NCBI GenBank assembly: GCA_045106895.1
Contig: JBGCFM010000051.1
Location: 1 to 17,224 of the forward strand
Direction: 5' to 3'
Length of the DNA stretch: 17,224 nucleotides
From: Polyangiales bacterium
Lineage (GTDB): Bacteria; Myxococcota_A; Polyangia; Polyangiales; Houyiibacteriaceae
The notes beneath the pieces were generated by a model. That model was not told where the DNA came from. It worked only from the letters and a program-made list of their open reading frames with translations, and made no database searches. Below, piece after piece: positions 1 to 7,179 of the stretch. The position numbers and the translations under genes were made by a program. Each line of letters opens with the position of its first letter. Within the stretch, counting starts at the first letter, position 1.

Positions 1-717
1 CGGAATGTAGTTGAGGAAGAACGTCAGCAGGCCCCAGACATGTGGGTCACGAACGCCAAACGCCCACGTGACTGCCACAGTCAAACAACCCGTCAGCAGA
101 CTCATCATCGTGTGAATCAACATGTAGGAGCGGAAGAAGCCGACGACGTTGCTAAGCCCTTTCTTGAGTTCCGGGTTCTGTCTCACCACGACGCGCGAGA
201 TACGTTCGCGCCACCCGTCGGACTCGGAGATGATCATCACCATGAACGTCAGCGTCAGCACAATGGACGCGACTTGTGACGCGAGCCCTTGAGCGGCGAG
301 CCCGAGAGAATCCGTCACCGTGTCCGTGAGTTCCGCTGGCGTCGGCAAGAACTTACGGATCCCACGCGTCGTCTCACGGAATATCTCCGGGTAGCCGGGC
401 AGGTGACGCGCGAAGTCGGAAATGGTGTATGCGATGACGCCGACGGCGCCGCCGAGGGACGAGATAACCGTGGTCGCGGTGACCACGGTGGCCACGGGGT
501 TTGGCAGGCGCTTACGCATCCACTTGTGGAGCGGCCAAACGAGGATGGCGCCAAAGGCGGCGATCGCGAGAGGAGCCGTGATGAAAGCCGTTTCGCGCAG
601 GGCAAGGACCACGATCACCGCCGCGATGATGGTCTGCGCCGTGTTGGCAAAACGACGCTCTCGCACCGCCGCCTCTTTGGCCAGCGGAGTCTCGTTGCGG
701 GTGGGGGTGTCGCTCAC
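1..717 (-). CDS. AI-2E family transporter (PerM/TqsA-like), 3' end runs off the window
   Basis: Not in the ORF track; translated by hand from GTG at 717: MSDTPTRNETPLAKEAAVRERRFANTAQTIIAAVIVVLALRETAFITAPLAIAAFGAILVWPLHKWMRKRLP...HTMMSLLTGCLTVAVTWAFGVRDPHVWGLLTFFLNYIP. It has several TM segments, and the WG..FLNYIP motif is typical of AI-2E. Start codon uncertain. Confidence 0.9.
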   Translation of the reverse strand, partial: MSDTPTRNETPLAKEAAVRERRFANTAQTIIAAVIVVLALRETAFITAPLAIAAFGAILVWPLHKWMRKRLPNPVATVVTATTVISSLGGAVGVIAYTISDFARHLPGYPEIFRETTRGIRKFLPTPAELTDTVTDSLGLAAQGLASQVASIVLTLTFMVMIISESDGWRERISRVVVRQNPELKKGLSNVVGFFRSYMLIHTMMSLLTGCLTVAVTWAFGVRDPHVWGLLTFFLNYIP

Positions 718-806
718 GCTGCTACGGTGGTGCGTCGCTGCGTCCAACGCAACGGCAATAGAGGAATGCTGCGTGCGACCCGAGAGCCGTGTACGATGGT
801 GAAACG

Positions 807-1379
807 ATGACGTCCTCGGCGCGCGCCCGGGCAGCAGTGGGTCTAACGCTGCTGAGCACCCTTGAACGAGATCATGCTGACCTCGCCGCCGAGGTACGAG
901 CGAAGCTCAGCGACACGACGCGTAAAGAGTACGACACCGTCGCGACTCTCCTCTGGATTTCGATGAGCTCTCACATGGACCTGAGTGATCGGATCCGCGA
1001 TGCCCTCGGGTCCGACAACGAGGACTTCTGGCGACGCGTCAGCTTCGCTCTGCTTCAGCGCCCGATGCTTGGGTACGTTCAGAGGTTTACCAAGCTCCTC
1101 AGCTCTCCGGAGCGCGTTTTCTGCCGCGTCACACCCATGATCATGCCGCAGCTCTTTGAGAACATTGGAACCATGTCCATGGAGCTGGTCGACGACCAGG
1201 AGCATTTTGCCGAATGCGTCTACCGCGGGTTTCCGAAGGAGTTCACCCTGATGTGCTTCGTCGAAGGCCTCTCCGGCGCCCTCGCGGCGGCAGGTCCCGT
1301 GGTCGGCATCGACGTCAAAGTCACTCGGCTCAGCGTGGACCCCGCCGGCGACTTCCGCCTCGCCATCGCGATGCTCTAG
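807..1379 (+). CDS. Hypothetical protein, myxobacterial DUF2378/TIGR02265-like (HNOX/V4R-like)
   Basis: 190 aa from ATG 807. Pattern LS..TR..Y......WI.M..H....D.I...LG, then SPERVF..V.P.I...LF..IG, then F.EGL.GAL resembles this family as I recall it. The family call is tentative. Confidence 0.6.
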   Translation: MTSSARARAAVGLTLLSTLERDHADLAAEVRAKLSDTTRKEYDTVATLLWISMSSHMDLSDRIRDALGSDNEDFWRRVSFALLQRPMLGYVQRFTKLLSSPERVFCRVTPMIMPQLFENIGTMSMELVDDQEHFAECVYRGFPKEFTLMCFVEGLSGALAAAGPVVGIDVKVTRLSVDPAGDFRLAIAML

Positions 1380-1441
1380 GACATTCAGGGGAAGCGCTGG
1401 AAGCGCTGGCGGCGCTCGTGAACCCAGTTCATTATTGGGCC

Positions 1442-2269
1442 ATGCGGGTCGCCATCATCGATGCCTACAGCCGGCAAGGCCGGACTTCCCTCGCCGCCGC
1501 GGGGTGCACGCCCGCGGGAGAGCTTTACGCGCGCGTCGCGAGTGCGCACGAGCCTAGCTACGAGTACGAGATCCTCCTCGCCGACGCGGCCTCACGGGTG
1601 CTGCCGAATGCCGTGGCTGCAGGAGACTACGACGCGGTGATATGGACTGGGTCTGAGCTCACGGTTCACAAAGACGACGCGGAAGTCCGCGCCCAGCTGG
1701 AGCTCGCGCGAACACTTCTTCGCGCCGGTGTGCGGAACTTTGGAAGCTGCTGGGCGGCGCAGCTCGCCGTTGTCGCGTGCGGCGGCGTTTGCGCGCCAAG
1801 TCCCAAGGGTCGCGAGTTCGGCATCGCCCGCGACATCACGCCAAACGAAGCCGGAGCAGCGCACGCGATGTACCGCGATAAGCCCCCAGTCTTCTGCAGC
1901 TATGCCAGCCACGCAGATGAGATCACCACCATGCCCCCGGGCTCCATTCTCCTCGCGGGCAACGCGTGGTCCGAGGTCCAAGCCCTCGAGGTGCGCGCGG
2001 GAGAAGGCGTGTTCACCGCCATGCAATACCACCCCGAGTACGACCTCTTCGAGGTCGCCCGCCTCGGCGCCGTTCGCGGTCCGGGCCTCGTCGAGCAAGG
2101 ACTCTACGAGAGCCAAGACGCCGTAGACGCGTACTTCGCGAAGATCGAGTCTTTGCACGAAAGCGGCGATGAGGCGCTCGCGAAAGAGCTTGGCGTCGGA
2201 CAAGACCTCCTCGACGCCGACATCCGCCAGCGTGAGATCAGCAACTGGCTCGCCAGCCTTCGCTCATAA
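1442..2269 (+). CDS. Type 1 glutamine amidotransferase domain protein (stand-alone, GMP-synthase GATase-like)
   Basis: 275 aa from ATG 1442 (MRVAIIDAY). Motifs: YDAVIWTGS, nucleophile elbow GSCWAAQ, SHADEI and catalytic QYHPEY, giving a Cys-His-Glu triad. The ORF-track extension from 1214 overlaps the upstream gene and is probably not translated. Confidence 0.92.
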   Translation: MRVAIIDAYSRQGRTSLAAAGCTPAGELYARVASAHEPSYEYEILLADAASRVLPNAVAAGDYDAVIWTGSELTVHKDDAEVRAQLELARTLLRAGVRNFGSCWAAQLAVVACGGVCAPSPKGREFGIARDITPNEAGAAHAMYRDKPPVFCSYASHADEITTMPPGSILLAGNAWSEVQALEVRAGEGVFTAMQYHPEYDLFEVARLGAVRGPGLVEQGLYESQDAVDAYFAKIESLHESGDEALAKELGVGQDLLDADIRQREISNWLASLRS

Positions 2270-2365
2270 TTATTTCTTCGCGACCAAAGCCCGATCCAAA
2301 GGGGGTTGTGCAAAGGCGAAGGCCGCGCTTCGCGAGAACCAAGACGCGTGGAGATTTGGAGCCGG

Positions 2366-2923
2366 CTAGAACGAGCTAGGTGCGTCGAGCTGAGGTCGAT
2401 TGATGAGCGCGATCACGAAGACCATGGCGATGACGAAGCTCAGGCCCGCACCCACCATCAACAAAGCGTTGCCCACGAAGTGTTCACGCGGGAGCGACGA
2501 CAGACCATGATCCCACGTACGACGAGCAGCGTTAAGATAGACAGCGCCCGCCACTGTGAGCCCAGTCGCAAGTGGAAACGAAGCCAGTGCTCCGGCCAAG
2601 ACCGCTCGTTGCTCACCGACGAAGTCCACCGCGACGCGTGCGATGAGTGGGCCGAGGACCATGAGCGCGAAGCCCATCGGAATCCGAGCGACAATGCAGT
2701 ACATCCAGGCGAATGAAGTGCCATCGATGAACCTGCCCGGCCGAGCGTCCCCATCGAATCGGCAAAACCAGAGACCGACGAGGAGGAGAATGAGCGCAAC
2801 GAAAGGGGTCCAGCTTGCAGCCTGGGCCTTCTTACTCAAGCCAACGCTGAGCCCCAAAGCGATGCTCAGGCCAACGACGAACCAAACGGGTGCCGCCGGC
2901 GCCCAGGGAAGCAACGACCTCAT
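2366..2923 (-). CDS. Hypothetical integral membrane protein (about 5 TM)
   Basis: 185 aa with five hydrophobic stretches. The ATG overlaps the stop of the upstream small ORF (ATGA). No family recognised. Confidence 0.7.
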   Translation of the reverse strand: MRSLLPWAPAAPVWFVVGLSIALGLSVGLSKKAQAASWTPFVALILLLVGLWFCRFDGDARPGRFIDGTSFAWMYCIVARIPMGFALMVLGPLIARVAVDFVGEQRAVLAGALASFPLATGLTVAGAVYLNAARRTWDHGLSSLPREHFVGNALLMVGAGLSFVIAMVFVIALINRPQLDAPSSF

Positions 2924-3045
2924 CGCGACAGCAGGTATTCAACGGTTGCTGCGTCACCACGAAGCATGAGGAGCACGAGGACCACCACCGCAAAGATTGC
3001 GAATAGAAGGAAGCCGCTCGCGGTATGCGATTTCGTTACGCGCAT
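2920..3045 (-). CDS. Small single-TM protein (41 aa)
   Basis: MRVTKSHTASGFLLFAIFAVVVLVLLMLRGDAATVEYLLSR. Basic N-terminus plus one TM helix. ATGA overlap with the next gene. TGG-CAAGCT extended -10-like element 7 nt before the ATG. Confidence 0.55.
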   Translation of the reverse strand: MRVTKSHTASGFLLFAIFAVVVLVLLMLRGDAATVEYLLSR

Positions 3046-3069
3046 GGACGCCAGCTTGCCACGGATTCT

Positions 3070-3392
3070 CGCGTCGCGCCGCGGCGGAACATGAAGGCAG
3101 AAGCTCCAGCATCTCCGCGCGCTTGCCTTTCCATGACTCGGAGAGGGGTTTGTCTGCATCCCGGACTTCCTTCTCGTCGTTTGAGATGTCGGCCTTATCG
3201 ACGTGAGAGCATGAGGTAGGCGCGGACCTCCTGCGTGCCCAGCGGCGGAACTCGAAGGGGAATCTGGATGAGCTTGTCGAAGTAGTTGATGACATCGTCG
3301 TCCAACTCCGCGTCCTTGAAGTGGACACGCACCGCTTGCCTGATCATCTTTTCATCGGCGGCAATGATGAAGGCCGTTCGTGGCAGGAACAG
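3070..3392 (-). pseudogene. qatA: Internal fragment of a KAP-family P-loop NTPase (QatA-like), frameshifted
   Basis: Reads LFLPRTAFIIAADEKMIRQAVRVHF...NYFDKLIQIPLRVPPLGTQEVRAYLML, frameshifts near 3205, then continues VDKADISNDEKEVRDADKPLSESWKGKR. F.IA.D...I and YFDKLIQ.P..VP are KAP signatures, and PPLGTQEVRAY matches QatA as I recall it. Walker A/B and the C-terminus are absent. Confidence 0.75.
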
Positions 3393-3393
3393 G

Positions 3394-3579
3394 CACCGCG
3401 TCGTGCTGCGCAAGGGCACCGTGACCCACGGGCCCGTGAGGGCGGAGTTCATCAACCACCACGGCATCAACAGCGGCAGCCAGCCGCTCACGTCGGGCCG
3501 TGGCGCTTCGTTCTTCTTTGTCCGCGACGTCATGCGCCGCGGCTTCTTCGACCACCTCGAGCTTTACTGGCAGGTCTGA
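3394..3579 (+). pseudogene. 3'-terminal remnant of an unidentified gene
   Basis: HRVVLRKGTVTHGPVRAEFINHHGINSGSQPLTSGRGASFFFVRDVMRRGFFDHLELYWQV*. Third positions are strongly G/C biased in this frame. It has no own start or RBS and begins right where the KAP fragment ends on the other strand. Confidence 0.55.
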
Positions 3580-3742
3580 CCACGGCGCGCACCGCCTTCG
3601 GGGAGTCGCCATCCGCCTCGCGCTCGAGGAGGTCTGACGCATGTTGTTCTTCTAGCTGCCCGCGCTTTTCGTCGACGCAATCCTTCGATCGCATCAGCGC
3701 TGCCTGCGGTGCTTGCGGCGCCGAACTCATTGCCACCCCTCG

Positions 3743-3761
3743 TACCGGGTGGTAGGAAATT
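3743..3761. promoter_or_regulatory. Putative TetR operator upstream of tetR
   Basis: TACCGGGTGGTAGGAAATT: an imperfect palindrome TACCG-N2-TGGTA just upstream of the tetR ATG, matching the site at 4641-4659 at 15 of 19 positions. Confidence 0.6.
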
Positions 3762-3772
3762 CCCAACACCCC

Positions 3773-4384
3773 ATGAAACGAGGACGCGGAAGGCCCCAGA
3801 CGCTGGATCGGCAGCGGACCGTCGAGCTAGCGATGTCGAGTTACTGGTGCGACGGAGTCCGTAACGTCTCGATGAACGAGATCTGTCGCCGCGCCGATGT
3901 GTCGAAGCCGAGCGTGTATCGAGAATTCGGCAGTGAAGACGGGTTGATGGAGGCGGCGGTCGAGCACTACAGAGCGACCGTCATCGGCCCCCTCATCGAT
4001 TTGCTCCGGTCGGCTCGACCCTTCCCTGAGGTGCTCCAGCATCTGTTGCGCTTCATGACCGAGCCCGACGGCAGGCCGGCCGGCTGCCTGCTCGCAGAGT
4101 TCCGCGCAGCTCCGGGGCGACTCGGCCCCGCGACCGCGGCGAGCGTCGACGCGGTCAAGGACGAGCTGCGCGAGGCGTACGAGCAATGGTTTCGTCAGGC
4201 GCAAGCGCGCGGCGAGGTGGACGCGGCCATCTCGCCCGACCTCGCGACCCACTTCATCGACACCCAGTTCACTACTGTCCTGTTGCAGATGGCCCTGGGC
4301 GCCGAGCCTCGCCTCGTTCGCGCGCAGGCCGAGCTGGCGTTCACGGGGTTGACTCCAGCAGGCCGATCGGGACCTGGCCGCTGA
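3773..4384 (+). CDS. TetR/AcrR family transcriptional regulator (ComR/NemR-like)
   Basis: 203 aa from ATG 3773. GRGRP N-terminus, HTH SMNEICRRADVSKPSVYREFGSEDGL and C-terminal GCLL motif. Confidence 0.95.
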   Translation: MKRGRGRPQTLDRQRTVELAMSSYWCDGVRNVSMNEICRRADVSKPSVYREFGSEDGLMEAAVEHYRATVIGPLIDLLRSARPFPEVLQHLLRFMTEPDGRPAGCLLAEFRAAPGRLGPATAASVDAVKDELREAYEQWFRQAQARGEVDAAISPDLATHFIDTQFTTVLLQMALGAEPRLVRAQAELAFTGLTPAGRSGPGR

Positions 4385-4393
4385 CCTCGGGCT

Positions 4394-4607
4394 CTACTGC
4401 ATCGTGACGGTGACGAGAGGTTCTGGACCGTGACCAGGTAGTCCTTGTCGCCGCTCGCGCTCTGCTTGATCCATGCCCGCATGGAGTGGCCGTCGTTGTC
4501 GTGGCCGAGGTCTCCTGTCCAGCGTGTCGGCGTCTTCGACCTCGCGGCGGTCGAGCACCGGTCATCGGTCCGTAGTGGGCCAGGTCTTCGAACTCCTTTG
4601 TACTCAA
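4394..4607 (-). pseudogene. Multiply frameshifted coding remnant, unidentified
   Basis: GC3-rich codon runs in successive frames: KEFEDLAHYG / VLDRREVEDADTLDR / DLGHDNDGHSMRAWIKQSASGDKDYLVTVQN / LVTVTMQ*. Convergent with tetR. Confidence 0.4.
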
Positions 4608-4611
4608 AAGG

Positions 4612-4641
4612 TTGACGAACGTGGCACCTCGACATTACTAT
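4612..4641 (+). promoter_or_regulatory. Sigma70-like promoter of the SnoaL gene
   Basis: TTGACG (4612-4617), 18-nt spacer, TACTAT (4636-4641), in a locally AT-rich patch. Confidence 0.55.
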
Positions 4642-4659
4642 ACCGACCGGTACGAAATT
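4641..4659. promoter_or_regulatory. Putative TetR operator upstream of the SnoaL gene
   Basis: Perfect palindrome TACCG-AC-CGGTA (4641-4652) followed by CGAAATT. It overlaps the predicted transcription start. Confidence 0.7.
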
Positions 4660-4707
4660 AATCAGCCGGCTACCAATTGATCCGACCAACGACGGAGGAG
4701 TTCCCCA

Positions 4708-5133
4708 ATGACCAATTCACAAGCGAATGAAGACACGGTGCGCGCCTTCTACAGCGACATCCTCTCCTCACCGGCAACCACGACTGAAGAGCGCTATTAC
4801 GAGCTCTTCTCGCCCGATATGGTGTCGATCCCCACGCCGCCCGGCGGGCCAGGTGCGCAGGGCATGATCAATACAGTTGCGTTCCTCGGCCAGGTCGTCC
4901 CGGATCTGCGCTGGGAGGTACACGAGGTCATGGCCTTGGGCGACGGTCGTTTGGTGGTTCGGGGCGAAGCCTCGGGTACCCCGGTCGGCCCGTTCCTCGG
5001 TGTGGACGAACCCAGCGGCCGCTTCACGATCCTGTCCATCGACATCTGGACCCTCGAGGAAGGCAAGATCGTCCACGGGTATCACCTTGAGGACTGGACC
5101 GGCGCAATCTCACAACTCACCGCCGCGGGGTGA
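4708..5133 (+). CDS. SnoaL-like / ester cyclase (NTF2-like fold) protein
   Basis: 141 aa. N...VRAFY, VPDLRWEVHEV, GTPVGPFLGV..SGRFTILSIDIW..E.GKIV..YHLEDW. Strong RBS GGAGGAG 7 nt upstream. Confidence 0.9.
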   Translation: MTNSQANEDTVRAFYSDILSSPATTTEERYYELFSPDMVSIPTPPGGPGAQGMINTVAFLGQVVPDLRWEVHEVMALGDGRLVVRGEASGTPVGPFLGVDEPSGRFTILSIDIWTLEEGKIVHGYHLEDWTGAISQLTAAG

Positions 5134-5359
5134 GTTGCGAGAGTGGGAACGAAGGCAAGTGCGACCCGAGTACGTGGGTGGGCCAACAGCTCGCTTCAAC
5201 GGGTCGGCACCGAGGGAAACACGCCGGATGGACAGCGGCATCCGATCATCGCGAGGACGACGAACAGCCACAAGGTTCTGAATGCGCCTGGTGGCGATGA
5301 GATCGAGCCGAACGTCAAGTCTTCGGAGCATCAATAACCACGAAAAAGGTAGACTCACC

Positions 5360-6082
5360 ATGACTAGAATCGAGCCACTCACTTCCCGGACCCGACGCTC
5401 CAGCTGGGCAGGCCTTTCCATCCTGATCTCCGTGCTCGTCGCCGGAGCAAGCGCATGCGCGAGTAGCGAGGGCGATGAGACGCCGTACGATGCCTCGGCG
5501 GAGGTCAGGCTCTTAGCGATCGGCGACTCGGTCCTGGAGTGGAACGAGGACAACGCAACTCCCGTACGGGCGGCAGAGTTACTCAACGAGAGAGGCATCG
5601 CGACGATCGTCGAAAACCGAGCGGTGTCGGGAAGTTGCCTAGGCACGTGCGATGATGCCGAGGAGGCCATTGCCACCACCTACAGCGACGACGGGTGGAC
5701 CCACTTGCTCGTGTCGGGAGGCGGCAACGACATCGAGGATTGTGCGTCGGCCGATCCGATTCTGTCCGAGGACCTCACCAGCGGACTAATCGTCGATCTC
5801 CTCGACCGCGTGCCAGCGTCGACGACTGTGCTGCTGTACGTCTACGCCCCACCCATCGATCCCAACGATCCACTAGCGTCGTGCGCCGAATTCGAACGGC
5901 TCCAGGCCCGCTATCGAGCGCTCGCCGAGGCCCGCGCCGGTGTCGAACTGGTCGACGCTTCCTCCGTCGCCGACGCATCGACGCCAGAGCTCTACGCGGA
6001 CTCAGTTCACCCATCACCGGCAGGTTCCGCAGCGATCGGAACCCTCGTAGCCGACGTGATCGAGGCAAGCCTCGACAACTGA
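5360..6082 (+). CDS. SGNH/GDSL hydrolase, predicted lipoprotein
   Basis: 240 aa from ATG 5360. Signal peptide with lipobox-like ASAC. Block I IGDS, block II NRAVSG, block III GGGND, block V DSVHP. Confidence 0.9.
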   Translation: MTRIEPLTSRTRRSSWAGLSILISVLVAGASACASSEGDETPYDASAEVRLLAIGDSVLEWNEDNATPVRAAELLNERGIATIVENRAVSGSCLGTCDDAEEAIATTYSDDGWTHLLVSGGGNDIEDCASADPILSEDLTSGLIVDLLDRVPASTTVLLYVYAPPIDPNDPLASCAEFERLQARYRALAEARAGVELVDASSVADASTPELYADSVHPSPAGSAAIGTLVADVIEASLDN

Positions 6083-6113
6083 CGTTGCGGACCAGCTACG
6101 GCCGGCGAAGCGC

Positions 6114-6227
6114 CTAGACTAGAGCGGAGGCGTCGATTTCAGGCTCGAGCCTGTCCGCGGGCAAGAGCCCTGCGTGTTCTACGGTGCAGCCCAAAATGAG
6201 CACCAGGCAGAACCCTCCGAGTCGCAT
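6114..6227 (-). pseudogene. Truncated lipoprotein N-terminus (37 aa)
   Basis: MRLGGFCLVLILGCTVEHAGLLPADRLEPEIDASALV*. Short signal peptide with lipobox ILGC, then an early stop. Divergent from the SDR gene. Confidence 0.4.
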
Positions 6228-6300
6228 GGGCGCTGTATTGTCCAAGTCCTCGCAAATGTACAGAACTCCCTTCGCGGCGCCGCGTGTTACACCGCTGCTC

Positions 6301-7179
6301 ATGAAGATTGATGAATTCGCATTTGAAACCACCGCTGAGGATGTCACCGAGGGCCTCGACTTAAGCGGAAAGACCTACGTCGTCACCGGCTGCAACTCAG
6401 GTCTCGGCCTTGAGACCGTTCGCGTCCTCGCGATGCGAGGCGCCAGCATTGTCGGGACCGCTCGCACCGAGAAGAAAGCACAGGACGCCTTCGCATCCCT
6501 CGGCATCGAGGGCGTCGCCCTCGCCTGTGAGCTCTCGGAGCCCTCGTCGGTGCGTGCATGCGCAGCGGCCATCAACGCTCACGAGTCTCCCGTCGACGCA
6601 TTGATCTGCAACGCCGGCGTCATGGCGCTTCCCGCCGCCCACACCACCCTTGGCTACGACCTTCAGTTTCTCACCAACCACATCGGCCACGCCATCCTCG
6701 TCACCGAGACCGTCGATTCCCTCGCGAAAGCCGGCCGCGTAGTCATCGTGAGCAGCGGCGCCCACCGCATGGCGCCGAAGACCGGCATCGAGTTCGACAA
6801 CCTCAGCGGCGAACGCGACTTCGACTCCTGGAAGATGTACGGCCAATCCAAGCTCGCCAATATTCTCTTCACCAAGAAGCTCGCCGAGAGCTTCGAAGGC
6901 AGCGCGCGCGTAGCCAACTCCCTTCATCCCGGCGTCATCAAGACAAACCTCTCTCGGCACATCGACGACCCCGAAGCGATGTTCGCCAAGATGCGCACCA
7001 AGACCATCGGCCAAGGCGCCGCCACTCAATGCGCCGTCGCGACCCGCCCTGAATACGCCAAACAAAACGGGCTCTACTTCACGGACTCACGTCCCGCGAA
7101 GTGCAACAAGCTGGCGAACGATATGGAGCTCGCCACCAAGCTCTGGGACCGCACCCAAGAGATCATGGCGACGCTCTAG
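6301..7179 (+). CDS. Short-chain dehydrogenase/reductase (retinol dehydrogenase/WWOX-like subgroup)
   Basis: 292 aa from ATG 6301. TAEDV..GLDLSGK, TGCNSGLG (TGxxxGxG), CNAGVM, TNHIGH, catalytic YGQSK, LHPGVI.T and QGAAT. Confidence 0.95.
   Translation: MKIDEFAFETTAEDVTEGLDLSGKTYVVTGCNSGLGLETVRVLAMRGASIVGTARTEKKAQDAFASLGIEGVALACELSEPSSVRACAAAINAHESPVDALICNAGVMALPAAHTTLGYDLQFLTNHIGHAILVTETVDSLAKAGRVVIVSSGAHRMAPKTGIEFDNLSGERDFDSWKMYGQSKLANILFTKKLAESFEGSARVANSLHPGVIKTNLSRHIDDPEAMFAKMRTKTIGQGAATQCAVATRPEYAKQNGLYFTDSRPAKCNKLANDMELATKLWDRTQEIMATL

Noticed and set aside
40..810. Plus-strand ORFs 40-279, 289-810 and 422-802
   Set aside because: Shadows of the minus-strand AI-2E transporter, which the ORF track omitted because it has no stop in the window.
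1390..1410. 9-bp tandem gaagcgctg x2
   Set aside because: Too short to distinguish from chance or local slippage.
1214..1441. N-terminal extension of the GATase; similar extensions at 3713, 5282, 6184 and 8048
   Set aside because: They overlap neighbouring genes or promoters or have non-protein-like composition; downstream ATGs match the domain or signal-peptide starts.
2270..2365. Intrinsic terminator between convergent genes
   Set aside because: Only a weak, widely spaced inverted repeat and no U-tract.
3195..3533. 112-aa ORF as an intact gene
   Set aside because: Chimeric: its first part is the antisense of the plus-strand remnant and only the part below about 3392 is KAP-like.
5134..5359. 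Possible ncRNA or gene in the SnoaL-SGNH spacer
   Set aside because: No recognisable structure, motif or convincing codon bias.
7176..7179. Overlapping stop codons (CTAG) of the convergent SDR and TPR genes
   Set aside because: Common arrangement in compact genomes; no evidence of function.
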